From: Gemmatimonadales bacterium
Lineage (GTDB): Bacteria; Gemmatimonadota; Gemmatimonadetes; Gemmatimonadales; GWC2-71-9
Direction: 5' to 3'
Length of the DNA: 64,000 nucleotides
Assembly (NCBI GenBank): GCA_044867445.1
Contig: JBIOUY010000082.1
Location: forward strand, 15,315 to 79,314
Below are positions 1 through 8,975 of this stretch, one piece after another (position 1 is the first letter of the stretch; the number at the start of each line of letters is the position of its first letter). The notes under the pieces were generated by a model. The model was not told the origin of the DNA. It saw nothing but the letters and a program-made list of their open reading frames with translations, and ran no database searches. The translations under genes were made by a program, and so were the position numbers.

Positions 1-680
1 AGAAGGTTCTTGAGTCCGGGACGATTGTTGTGGTACGCGATGGCGCGCGGCTCGAATACGATTCGGCCGCCGGCCGCCCGGACCTCCGCCTGCCAGGCCA
101 GCTCTTCGTGGGCATAGGCCACCGGCTGCTCCTCGGTGAACCCACGGGTGCGGGCGAAAGCCTCCCGGCGAACGCTGAGATTCCCGGGCGGGTGGTTGGG
201 GACCTCGCCGCCCCGCCGACGGGAGTGCACGTGGTACCAGCCGCAGTAGTAGTCGCAGCGAGCCATCGCCGGCAGTCCCGGCGGCAGATCGAGTGACCCT
301 CCGACCACGGCGACGCCGGTCTGGTGCACCGCCAGCAAGCGGTCGAGCCAGCCCGGCGCCGGGCTGCAATCGGCATCGAGGAAGACGATGGGGTCGCCGA
401 GCGCGGTGCGCGCGCCTCGATTGCGGGCCACCGCCGGGTTCCCGCCGCCGGAGGCACCCAGCTCCAAGACCCGAGCCCCCTCGGCGCGAGCGACGGCCAC
501 GGTGTCGTCGGTGGAGCCGTCGTCTACCAGAACAATGTCGAGGTTGATTTCTGCGGGTTGCTGCGATCGTAGCGCGGCAATCAGGCTTCCGATAGATCGG
601 ACCTCGTTGCGGGCTGGAATGACGACTGAAACCGTGCTTCCCGCGCCCGAGTGCGAGTCACTATCGGGCGATGGCGGCAC
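1..680 (-). CDS. Family 2 glycosyltransferase (3' end runs off the window; start uncertain)
   Basis: My translation of the minus strand gives SVVIPARNEVRSIGSLIAAL...LVDDGSTDDT...VFLDADC, a typical GT2 N-terminal fold with DxD. It is not in the ORF track because no stop lies in the window. A candidate GTG start at 680 overlaps the stop of the upstream gene. Confidence 0.6.
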   Translation of the reverse strand, partial: MPPSPDSDSHSGAGSTVSVVIPARNEVRSIGSLIAALRSQQPAEINLDIVLVDDGSTDDTVAVARAEGARVLELGASGGGNPAVARNRGARTALGDPIVFLDADCSPAPGWLDRLLAVHQTGVAVVGGSLDLPPGLPAMARCDYYCGWYHVHSRRRGGEVPNHPPGNLSVRREAFARTRGFTEEQPVAYAHEELAWQAEVRAAGGRIVFEPRAIAYHNNRPGLKNL

Positions 681-1962
681 GGCGGTGCACCTCCTCGTAC
701 AACTCCGCGACGGTGTGGGTGAAACTCCCCCAGCCGAGATGGTCTCGAGCGTAGGATCGCGCCGCGCCGCTCAGACGCGCCGCCTGCCCACGGTCGAGAA
801 GCAGCGTCAGAATGCCATCGGCAATCGCCTCGGTTTGCGGCGCTACCAACAGCGCTCGCTCCTCGGTCAGCACGGTACGGTGAGTCGGGATGTCGGTCGC
901 GACAATGGGACGGCCCGCGGCAAGATAGTCAAACACCTTGAGCGGGAGATTCCCACCGTACGAGCGGGGAGAGACGAGCACGTCGGCCAGCATGAGATAG
1001 GCGGCCATCTCCTGCCGGGGTTGGCGATCGACGACGCGCAGGGCACCCGCCTCCATCAGCGTTCGAGCTGTTTCGCTGGAGGCGAGACCATTGGCCTGAT
1101 CCGCGCCCACGAGAACGAAGGTCGCCTCGGGCACACGCAATCGCACCGCCGGGATCGCGGCGAGCAGCTCGCGCAGTCCCTGATACGCCTCGAAGGTTCC
1201 GCTGTAGAGCACCACGGCAGCTCCGGGCGGGAGCTGCAGTTCCCGCCGCAGCGCATCCACCTGCCTGGGACTCGCCTCTATTGGAGTGCTGGGAAACCGC
1301 CATTCGCGCACCGGTACGCCCGGCGCCAGGCGATGCACCCGCTCGGCCAGACCCGCGCTGCTCACAACCAGGTCGACGCGATTGAGCAGCCAGCGCTCCA
1401 TGTAATGCAGGAAAGCGCGGATTGGGGCGAAACGAAACACCCGACGCTGAATCATCTGCTCGGGAAGGCTGGACTGCATGTCGTAGAGCACCGGCACGCC
1501 GTGAATCCGTCCCAGAACTGCTGCCGGGAACGCGGCTTCCTCCACCGCGTGGATGCAGGTGTATGACTGGAGTCTCAGCCGACCCTGGAGAGCACTGATC
1601 AGAGACACATCGAGCAGCAGCTTGGGAAGGGAGAATCCGACCGGCACGCTCCGGATACCCAGGGGATTCGCCACCCGGAAAATCGATAATCCCGGGATCG
1701 GCACATCTGTCCCGACCGGGAAGGTGAGCAGGTCAACCCTGTAACCCAGTTCTCCCAAGGCTTCCAGAACTTGGCGCAGGGCGATAGGGGTTCCCCGATC
1801 CTCGTAAAAAGGCTCGGGGGCAAGCACCAGGATGCGCCGCTCGGGCAGCCTGGGCACAACGCCGTGGTTGGACTTGGCTTCCCCGCCTGCGGGATCCGCC
1901 GGGCCCACGACGACTGCTCTCGATTGGTCCACGCTGCCGCTGGATCTCACCGGGCTCCCCAA
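661..1962 (-). CDS. Group 1 (GT4-type) glycosyltransferase
   Basis: 433-aa ORF. N-terminal ILVLAPEPFYEDRGTP is followed by a C-terminal GT1 core (LYSGTFEAYQG...ADVLVSPRSYGGNLPLKVFDYLAAGRPIVATD). The true start may lie downstream of 1962. Confidence 0.8.
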   Translation of the reverse strand: MGSPVRSSGSVDQSRAVVVGPADPAGGEAKSNHGVVPRLPERRILVLAPEPFYEDRGTPIALRQVLEALGELGYRVDLLTFPVGTDVPIPGLSIFRVANPLGIRSVPVGFSLPKLLLDVSLISALQGRLRLQSYTCIHAVEEAAFPAAVLGRIHGVPVLYDMQSSLPEQMIQRRVFRFAPIRAFLHYMERWLLNRVDLVVSSAGLAERVHRLAPGVPVREWRFPSTPIEASPRQVDALRRELQLPPGAAVVLYSGTFEAYQGLRELLAAIPAVRLRVPEATFVLVGADQANGLASSETARTLMEAGALRVVDRQPRQEMAAYLMLADVLVSPRSYGGNLPLKVFDYLAAGRPIVATDIPTHRTVLTEERALLVAPQTEAIADGILTLLLDRGQAARLSGAARSYARDHLGWGSFTHTVAELYEEVHRRAAIAR

Positions 1963-2140
1963 AAGAGGTAAGCCGTTACCCGGAACAAACTTAGTTGATT
2001 GTCCGGGATGGCAGACCTGGTCTGGGCGGTACCACGTGACTGGCCGTCAGGGCTTGGGAACGGTTTCGCCGCCCGTCGTAGACTGGGTCTGTCGGGTCTC
2101 AGGAGCAAGAAGCCTGCCCACCAGCTATCGGGGTCCTATG

Positions 2141-3064
2141 TCACCTCGGTGGGCACTGCGCCAGAGAAACTGTGCCGGGATATCCCGCAGCGCTTTCGCT
2201 CGTCAGAACCAAGGTCTGTGGATCCAACCAGGCCACTCCTTCGCCTTGGGCGTCAAGCTTGGCCACGCGGCAAGCCGGATGTCCGCGCTCCGGCGTGAGC
2301 CGACCGTCAGGAGAACGGCGGAAGAGGAAGATGCTCTGGTAAGTTCGCACTGCCACCCGCTGCCCACTGGGAGCAAGCGCGGCGTCGGTGATCAGCATGC
2401 CTCCCAACCATCCGGTCTGGATCGGCAAGCTTCCGAGAGATTGGGCGAGGGCATGGCCCGCCTTCCAGGCGGAGGCAGGAACTCGGTAGAGCCCTACACC
2501 TCGACTGCCGCCCTTGGTGATCAGATAGCAGTCGCCGGCCTGGTCTACGTAAATAGCCTCCACGTCATGCGAACCGTCCGGGTAGCGCACCTCGAGTCGT
2601 TGCGCCGGAGCGGTGGACCTGACTTCGGTGTCCGGCGCGGGCTCAGCCACTCGGTACAGACGAACCGAGGAGCGCCGCTCGTGATTGTCGCCCGTGTCAC
2701 CAATGTAGAGGCAATCGCTGGAGCCGCATCGGGCGATACTGATGGCTTCCCAATCGACATTGGTCGCGCCGGTGACCGTGAATATCCCTCGGTCGCGCCC
2801 CAGGGTGTCGGTGGCGAACAGCCAGGCAGGATTGCCGGAGTCGTTCAGGGTCCAGAGAACACCCGGGTACTTTCGGCTGACCGCGACGCCGGAGCTCTCG
2901 CTCAGCTTCGGGTTTTCGAAGCTGCCGCTCCGGTGTGCATCGCCGGCCGGCACCTCGTTCCAAGCCGACTGTGCGCCCGCGATCTCGCCCCAAAGTTGGA
3001 GCGTCAGCACCAGCAGGTAGCGGATCAGAGGACGGCCGAGGGGCAGAAGTCCGCCAGGACGCAT
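2141..3064 (-). CDS. Secreted hypothetical protein, probably beta-propeller-like
   Basis: ORF 2141..3139. The internal Met (MRPGGLLPLGRPLIRYLLVLTLQLW...AGAQS) looks like a signal peptide. Repeated SG/DTGDN/beta-strand-rich segments follow. No confident family assignment. Confidence 0.45.
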   Translation of the reverse strand: MRPGGLLPLGRPLIRYLLVLTLQLWGEIAGAQSAWNEVPAGDAHRSGSFENPKLSESSGVAVSRKYPGVLWTLNDSGNPAWLFATDTLGRDRGIFTVTGATNVDWEAISIARCGSSDCLYIGDTGDNHERRSSVRLYRVAEPAPDTEVRSTAPAQRLEVRYPDGSHDVEAIYVDQAGDCYLITKGGSRGVGLYRVPASAWKAGHALAQSLGSLPIQTGWLGGMLITDAALAPSGQRVAVRTYQSIFLFRRSPDGRLTPERGHPACRVAKLDAQGEGVAWLDPQTLVLTSESAAGYPGTVSLAQCPPR

Positions 3065-3633
3065 TCCCAACACCGTGGCCGCCGAGCGACGCACACCTGT
3101 CTGCCGTGAAAGATCAGGAGGTGAGACACCAGCGCCCAATCCTCACGGGGAATGAGCTCCATAAGATCCTGCTCGATCTTCACGGGGTCATCGTGCCGGG
3201 TGAGCGCCAGCCGCTTGCTCACTCTGGTGACATGGGTGTCCACCGTAACTCCTTCGTTGATCCCGTAGGCGCTTCCCAGAACGACATTGGCAGTCTTCCG
3301 CCCGACGCCGGGCAGTGCGCGCAGCTGCTCCATGGTGCGGGGCACGGCTCCGCCGTGCTCTGCCACGATTGCCTGGGCCATTCCGATCAGACTCTTGGCC
3401 TTGTTGCGGAAGAAGCCGGTGGATTTGATGATGTCTTCGAGCTCAGACTGTCGAGCCCGAGCCAGCGCCGCCGCATCGGGATATCGAGCAAACAAGACCG
3501 GGGTCACCAGATTCACCCGCGCATCAGTGCACTGCGCCGAGAGAATCGTCGCGCAGAGCAGCTCAAAGGCGTTACTGTGGTGCAGCGCGCAGGCTGCGTC
3601 GGGATAGGTCTGCTTGAGTCGCAGGAGGGTCAT
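3025..3633 (-). CDS. nth: Endonuclease III (DNA glycosylase/AP lyase)
   Basis: FELLCATILSAQCTDARVN and the HhH-GPD segment LPGVGRKTANVVL are present. The C-terminal 4Fe-4S cluster motif is CVARRPRCWECVLADFC. The maximal ORF reaches 3801, but that would overlap polX by about 80 nt. The Met at 3633 (MTLLRLKQTYPDA) is more plausible. Confidence 0.85.
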   Translation of the reverse strand: MTLLRLKQTYPDAACALHHSNAFELLCATILSAQCTDARVNLVTPVLFARYPDAAALARARQSELEDIIKSTGFFRNKAKSLIGMAQAIVAEHGGAVPRTMEQLRALPGVGRKTANVVLGSAYGINEGVTVDTHVTRVSKRLALTRHDDPVKIEQDLMELIPREDWALVSHLLIFHGRQVCVARRPRCWECVLADFCPSAVL

Positions 3634-3719
3634 CGCCGCCCGCTTCGCCGGACCCGCGGGCGGCTTTCTACGTTTGACGGTTTGCCGGACTCTGGTCCTC
3701 GTCGGGCTGTTCGCTTTCC

Positions 3720-5465
3720 TCACCGCGCTCTCCGCCGGGAGACCCGGGTGAGGAACTCCTCCACCGGCCGCGCATTCAGAACGTCCTGAGGACCCAGCCA
3801 TCCCTTGCGTGCCATGGCGATGCCGTAATCGACGTACTGAATGCCAGCCGCGTTATGCGCATCGGCACCGATCGAGATCATGGCGCCCCGATCCCTCGCC
3901 TGTCGCAGCACTCGCCAATCCAGGTCCAACCGGTGGGGATCGGCATTGATCTCCAGGGCGATGCCGGACGCCGCGGCCTTTTCAATCACGGCATCGAGGT
4001 CCAGGCCATAGGGATCGCGAGAGAGAAGCAGCCGTCCGGTCGGATGGCCGATGATGCTGAGATAGGGGTTGTCCATCGCCGCAAGCATCCGTGCGGTCAT
4101 CTCACCCCGGCCCATGTTGAACCGGCTATGAATCGAAGCGATGACGAAGTCGAGCCGCTCCAGGATCTGTTCGTCGTAATCGATCCGGCCGTCCTGCAGA
4201 ATGTCGGCCTCGACACCCTTGAGTACCCGGATCCCTTCGAGACGGGCATTGACTGCGTCGATCTCGTCGGCCTGCCGCAGAAGATCATCGGCCTTGAGGC
4301 CACCAGCATAGGCAGCAGCCTGACTGTGGTCCGTAACACCGACGTACTGATAGCCCGACTCACGTGAGGCTATTGCCAGGTCCTCTATCGACTGGGATCC
4401 GTCGGAGTAGGTGGTATGGCAATGGAGCAGCCCCTTCAGGTCCCCGCAGTCGATCAACCGGGGAAGCTCGTGCTGGTCGGCGGCCTCGATTTCCCCTCGT
4501 CCCTCCCGAAGCTCGGGAGGTATCAGGGAGAGTCCCAGGGCATCGTAGAAGTGAGCCTCATCCGGGGTCGGGACGAATTCGCTGCCGCGCCAGAGGGCCG
4601 CGCCACTGAGCGCGAAACCCTTCCGGGTCGCGTACTCTCCCAGTTGCCGGAGGTGGGCCTCGCTGCCGGTGGCATGGACCAGCACCGCGCCGGCATTTAC
4701 CGGGGTGGTCACCATGATCTGAGCGCTGGAGCCGCCGGCGAACCGCAAGGTCAGCCTGCGTTCGTCCTGGCCGGCGAATTCATGAACTCCCGGCACCGCG
4801 CTGAGCCGTTTGAACAATTCCCCCGGCGCGACCTCGGCGATCAAGACTAGCACCAGGTCTTTGACGACCTCGGTGCGACGCCGCACGTCTCCCGCTATCA
4901 CCGCGCGGGTGACGCCGGGAAGACGGTCCAGCGCTGCTCGGAGCCCCTCGGCCTCTTCGGTCGCGTGGTGCGAGAGGCGATAGGTGCCGGTTTGGCGCAG
5001 GAACGCGATTCCCTTGAGAATGTTTTCGGAGGTCTTCTGTCCGAAGCGAGGCAGCTTGGCCAGCCGGCCATCGACCGCGGCCGCTTCCAGCTCGGGAAGG
5101 GAATCGATGCCGAGCACGTCATGAATCTGGCGGATCTTGGCCACCCCCAGGCCGGAGATGGCCAGCATCTCGACCAGGCCGGGCGGGATCTGTTCCCGCA
5201 GCTCCTCCAGCATGCTCGCCTTGCCGGTGGTGACCAGCTCGGTCACGATCTGAAGTGTGGCTGGACCAACCCCCTTGGCTGCGGCCAACGATCCATCTTC
5301 CAACCCTTCACGCAACTCGTTGGGGAAGCTGCCCAGCGCCCTTGCTGCGGTCCGGAACGCGCGAATGCGAAAGGGATTCTCGCCTTTGAGCTCGAGGAAC
5401 GAGGCGATCTGCTCCAATACCTGAGCAACCGCCTTCTTGTCCATGTAGTCCTTCAGTAGCGTCAT
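3720..5465 (-). CDS. polX: Family X DNA polymerase with C-terminal PHP phosphoesterase domain
   Basis: The N-terminus, LEQIASFLELKGENPFRIRAFRTAARAL, is a PolX 8-kDa/HhH region. The C-terminal PHP domain shows LHCHTTYSDGS...GVTDHS...ASIHS...IGHP. The start at 5465 forms an ATGA overlap with the upstream ORF. Confidence 0.85.
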   Translation of the reverse strand: MTLLKDYMDKKAVAQVLEQIASFLELKGENPFRIRAFRTAARALGSFPNELREGLEDGSLAAAKGVGPATLQIVTELVTTGKASMLEELREQIPPGLVEMLAISGLGVAKIRQIHDVLGIDSLPELEAAAVDGRLAKLPRFGQKTSENILKGIAFLRQTGTYRLSHHATEEAEGLRAALDRLPGVTRAVIAGDVRRRTEVVKDLVLVLIAEVAPGELFKRLSAVPGVHEFAGQDERRLTLRFAGGSSAQIMVTTPVNAGAVLVHATGSEAHLRQLGEYATRKGFALSGAALWRGSEFVPTPDEAHFYDALGLSLIPPELREGRGEIEAADQHELPRLIDCGDLKGLLHCHTTYSDGSQSIEDLAIASRESGYQYVGVTDHSQAAAYAGGLKADDLLRQADEIDAVNARLEGIRVLKGVEADILQDGRIDYDEQILERLDFVIASIHSRFNMGRGEMTARMLAAMDNPYLSIIGHPTGRLLLSRDPYGLDLDAVIEKAAASGIALEINADPHRLDLDWRVLRQARDRGAMISIGADAHNAAGIQYVDYGIAMARKGWLGPQDVLNARPVEEFLTRVSRRRAR

Positions 5466-6133
5466 CCGCGAGCCTGTGTTGCCGCCTCTGCGGCAAGCCC
5501 CTGCGTGCGCCATCCCAACTCGAGCAGCTCGTCGGCGCTAATCAAGGAGTGGAGTCCCGCCTCCGAGCCCCCGGCGAGCACCGAGGCAAAGAGCGAGGTG
5601 CCGTCCGGACGCACCAGTCCCTCCGGGCGGCTACCGAACGACTCCACGACGCTGAAGCCGGCCCGATCCGGTCGCAAACCAAAGATGCCCAGCGTTCTGA
5701 GCTCGGCGCCGTTCGCCGGATACACGAAGCTACCGTCCATGGGTTCCGGCGCCTGACCCTCGATCAGCTCGGCCCAGATCCGGCGTTCCGGGAACTGGGC
5801 GTAGTAAGCACGCGGCACTTCGGAAGAGCCCGGGAGAGCGGGAGCCTCTGACTCCAGCAACCCATCCAGCTGCTCGTCCGAGATTGCCAGGGTCAGCCGA
5901 CCAGAGTCCCAGAGCAGATACGCATGGTGCACCAGGGCGACCAGCTGATCGATGCCCTCCCCGACCCCATCGTCGGGGCGAATCTCCCGGATCAGCGAGA
6001 GGACCTCAGGCAGCATGAGGAAGGCGTCGCGGTCGGTGGGATCGGTGGCGGCCGCGGCCAGGGCGGCGCGAATCTTGGGAAAGCGTTCGTCGGCCAAAGA
6101 ACCGAATACCAGCTCGAACGGGGTGGAGCGCAT
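5462..6133 (-). CDS. Hypothetical protein, translationally coupled to polX
   Basis: 223-aa ORF with coding-like codon bias. Its stop overlaps the polX ATG (ATGA). I recognise no family. Confidence 0.55.
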   Translation of the reverse strand: MRSTPFELVFGSLADERFPKIRAALAAAATDPTDRDAFLMLPEVLSLIREIRPDDGVGEGIDQLVALVHHAYLLWDSGRLTLAISDEQLDGLLESEAPALPGSSEVPRAYYAQFPERRIWAELIEGQAPEPMDGSFVYPANGAELRTLGIFGLRPDRAGFSVVESFGSRPEGLVRPDGTSLFASVLAGGSEAGLHSLISADELLELGWRTQGLAAEAATQARG

Positions 6134-6142
6134 TGGGGAAAT

Positions 6143-6988
6143 CTAGCGGCCCTGAGCTCTCCGGGACGCGGCCTGCGGGAGGAACCCGTTGAGCAGACTG
6201 CTAAACTCTTCCAACGCCTCGATGTAGGGAACGTGGCCGCAGTGGCGCAGCGGGTGGAACTCGGCACCGATCAGCTCGGCAGTGGCCTTTGCTGCCTCGA
6301 TGGGAATAGGATCCGAATCCCCATGAAGCACAATTGCCGGTGTGCCGGCAAGCGACGGCAGGCGGGGTCGCAGATCATAGTCACCGAGGCTGGCCCAGAC
6401 TTCCTGTTGGGTGCGGCCGGTTATCCGGAACGGCGTGAGATCGCGTGCACGGCTCGGGTCGAAAAAGTAGGCTGCGACCGAGAGCTCGAAGATGCGCTGC
6501 TGAAAGGCATCCGGGTCGCGCTCGCGGAGACCGCTTTCTCGCAAGCGCTGCCGCTCGGCTTGAAAGATCGGATCGAGGGTGCGTTGGGAGAAGGTCTGCT
6601 CGAACTGCTCCCGCGCCGCCCGCCAGGTAGGTGCCGGAGAGACCAGGGCGAGCCGGCCGACTCGACCGGGGTGATCCAGCGCGTAGAGCAGCGCAAGCAG
6701 GGCTCCCCAGGAATATCCGGCCAGCGTGAGCCATTCGATGTTCCAGAGACGTCGGAGGGCCTCCAGATCGGCCACCTGCTCTCGCCATCCGACCGGTACC
6801 TCGCGCCCAACGGGCGAGCGGCCACCACCGCGCTGATCGTAGTAAATGAGCTCACGGTCGTGTGCGAGAGCATCGAACCCGGGTAGGAGGTAATCGTGGT
6901 TAGCCCCGGGACCTCCGTGGAGCACGACGGTTGGCGGCCCCTCACCAACCCGCCGCACGTAGAGATCGACACCGCGGATGGAGGGCAT
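6143..6988 (-). CDS. Alpha/beta hydrolase, proline iminopeptidase-like
   Basis: VVLHGGPGANHDYL...YYDQRGGGRS and the nucleophile elbow GYSWGA are present. The C-terminus has GDSDPIP...CGHVPY. Confidence 0.8.
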   Translation of the reverse strand: MPSIRGVDLYVRRVGEGPPTVVLHGGPGANHDYLLPGFDALAHDRELIYYDQRGGGRSPVGREVPVGWREQVADLEALRRLWNIEWLTLAGYSWGALLALLYALDHPGRVGRLALVSPAPTWRAAREQFEQTFSQRTLDPIFQAERQRLRESGLRERDPDAFQQRIFELSVAAYFFDPSRARDLTPFRITGRTQQEVWASLGDYDLRPRLPSLAGTPAIVLHGDSDPIPIEAAKATAELIGAEFHPLRHCGHVPYIEALEEFSSLLNGFLPQAASRRAQGR

Positions 6989-6994
6989 GAGAGA

Positions 6995-7174
6995 AGCTAA
7001 CGGCTAACAGCTAACGGCTAACAGCTAACGGCTGACAGCTAACGGCTGACAGCTAACGGCTGACAATTAGCGGCGACAGTCTCTATCTCGAGCCTTGCGG
7101 ATGCGGACCGACCAGAGGAGATCGACAAAGGGTATCCGTCGCCAGCTGATAGCCGTTAGCTGTTAGCTGCTAGC
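6995..7174. repeat. Tandem heptamer array (12 units of RGCTRAC, 6995..7078) with an inverted partial copy (about 7146..7174)
   Basis: Read directly: AGCTAAC GGCTAAC repeated twice, then AGCTAAC GGCTGAC repeated three times, then AATTAGC GGCGACA. The reverse complement GCCGTTAGCTGTTAGCTGCTAGC lies at 7152..7174. The element fills the intergenic gap between the GAF gene stop and the hydrolase start. Confidence 0.9.
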
Positions 7175-7190
7175 CGCGAGCGCAGCGAGC

Positions 7191-7646
7191 TCACAGCAGC
7201 ACCGCCAGTGCGTCGGCCACCCGCCGAACCTCGGCCGTTTCCGCCGGGGTGAAGGGATCGGGCTCGTCGCTGTCGATGTCGATCTGGCCGAGAATGAGGC
7301 CGCCGCGACGAATCAGCACCACCAGCTCGGAACGGGTCCGGCTGTTGCACGCGATGTAGTTGTCGATGGCGCGCACGTCGGGAACGTTTTGATCCTCTCC
7401 GCTGGAGACCGCTGTGCCGCACACCCCCTGGCCCACCGGGATCCTGGTGTGATCGGTATTCCGGCCGGCGTATCCCTCCAGCAGGAGCTGATCGCCGTGC
7501 AGCATGTAGAGGTAGACCGAGGTGTAGGGCGGGCCGGCCGCACGAATCTTCTCCGCCGCCGTTCGCAACAGTTCCTCCCGCCCTGCCTCCCGCGCAAAGG
7601 CGCCGCGCAACGCGGCGATCACCCGATCGGCATCCAACAGGGCCAT
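7191..7646 (-). CDS. GAF domain protein (free methionine-R-sulfoxide reductase-like)
   Basis: 151-aa single-domain protein. The motifs ...IPVGQGVCGTAV...VPDV...YIACNSRTRSELVVLI...GQIDIDS are typical of the small GAF/fRMsr family. Confidence 0.7.
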   Translation of the reverse strand: MALLDADRVIAALRGAFAREAGREELLRTAAEKIRAAGPPYTSVYLYMLHGDQLLLEGYAGRNTDHTRIPVGQGVCGTAVSSGEDQNVPDVRAIDNYIACNSRTRSELVVLIRRGGLILGQIDIDSDEPDPFTPAETAEVRRVADALAVLL

Positions 7647-7649
7647 GGG

Positions 7650-8957
7650 TCAGCTTCCTCGGATTCCGAGCGTCGCTCGGAGCGTAGTCACCTGGCTGCC
7701 TCGTTTGACCACGATATCTACCGTGTCCCCGGGCTCATGGCTCCGAAGCGCGGCAGTCATCGCCTGCAAGTTGGGAACATCCATGTTGCCGATTCTGGTA
7801 ATGATGTCGTCGCCCCGGAGGCCCGCTTTCTCGGCGGGGCTCCCCGCGCGCACCCCGAGGAGCCGGACACCTCCGGGGCTGTCGGTCATGTCAGGCACGG
7901 TGCCGAGGTAAGCGCCGTAGCCCTGGGCATCGGAGCTGGCTTCGGGACCGGTCGTCGTCGTCGCGCGCATCTGAGTCAAGGGGGTGGTCCGGTTCGCCAG
8001 CGCGGTGACCAGGCCGACCGTGAAATCGGTCACCTGCTTGAATCCATCGAGGTTGATTTTTGCCCAGTCGTCCGTGGTGCGGTGATAGTCCTCGTGCAGA
8101 TCGGTAAAGATGTGCAGCACGGGCCGCCCCGCCGCATAGAATGACGACTGGTCGCTTGGCCCGTAGCCGTCTCCCCGCGCCTTGAGGTCAAAGCCGGCAT
8201 ACCAGTTGAGCGAGTCGAGCAGGGCAGGGAATTCCTTGGCGGTGCGCGACCCGTACACAATCAGTCGCTTATTCCGCAGCCGTCCGACCATGTCAAGGTT
8301 GATCATCGCGATGGTGGTGGCCAACGGATAGATGGGTTGGCGTACGTAATAGGATGAGCCCAACAGCCCCAGCTCCTCGCCGCTGAACCCGATGAACACC
8401 ACCGTCCTGGCCGGAGGCGACGCCTCGAGCCGGGCGGCGATCTGGATCAGCATGGCGGTGCCTGAGGCGTTGTCATCGGCGCCGTTATGCACCCGTCCGG
8501 TACTGTCGGGGTCCAGGCTGCCGAACTCGCCCAGCCCGAGGTGATCGTAGTGGGCGCCAACGATCACCGTCTGATTGCGCAAGACTGGATCGCGCCCGGG
8601 GAGAAGGCCAATCACATTCTTGCCCCGCAATCCCGCGAGGCGCGCGTGCTGCGCCATGGGTGCTTCCTTGGCCACGGCGAAGATCTGAAACCACCCGCCG
8701 GCTGCCGGCTGAAGCCCCACCGCTTGAAACCGCCGCGCCAGGTATGCCGCAGCGCTGTCCGCCCCAGGCGAACCGGTCATTCGGCCAGCCAGGCGGTCGT
8801 CACTGAGGAACTTGATGTCGTCGATCGGCTGGATCGGAGCCGGCGCGGGCACCACCACCGGATGCGGCTGGGTGCCGAAATCCTGGGCCGCGAGACCGGA
8901 CGCGCCGACCGCGGCCCAGAACATGGCCAGTGTAGAGACCCGGGAAGCGGGTGACAT
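7650..8957 (-). CDS. M28 family metallopeptidase with C-terminal PDZ domain
   Basis: Signal peptide, then HYDHLG...GADDNASGTAMLIQIA...FSGEELGLLGS (M28 zinc ligands). The C-terminal region GVRAGSPAEKAGLRGDDIITRIGN is a PDZ domain. Confidence 0.8.
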   Translation of the reverse strand: MSPASRVSTLAMFWAAVGASGLAAQDFGTQPHPVVVPAPAPIQPIDDIKFLSDDRLAGRMTGSPGADSAAAYLARRFQAVGLQPAAGGWFQIFAVAKEAPMAQHARLAGLRGKNVIGLLPGRDPVLRNQTVIVGAHYDHLGLGEFGSLDPDSTGRVHNGADDNASGTAMLIQIAARLEASPPARTVVFIGFSGEELGLLGSSYYVRQPIYPLATTIAMINLDMVGRLRNKRLIVYGSRTAKEFPALLDSLNWYAGFDLKARGDGYGPSDQSSFYAAGRPVLHIFTDLHEDYHRTTDDWAKINLDGFKQVTDFTVGLVTALANRTTPLTQMRATTTTGPEASSDAQGYGAYLGTVPDMTDSPGGVRLLGVRAGSPAEKAGLRGDDIITRIGNMDVPNLQAMTAALRSHEPGDTVDIVVKRGSQVTTLRATLGIRGS

Positions 8958-8975
8958 AGGGAAGAAGAATAGTAC

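Noticed and set aside
388-1566. 392-aa ORF on the plus strand
   Set aside because: It is antisense to the GT1 and GT2 glycosyltransferase genes. Composition is low-complexity and Arg-rich, with no recognisable domain.
6995-7078. Possible CRISPR array
   Set aside because: The repeat unit is only 7 nt (14 nt as a super-unit) with no unique spacers between units. No cas genes are in the window. It is a simple tandem repeat.
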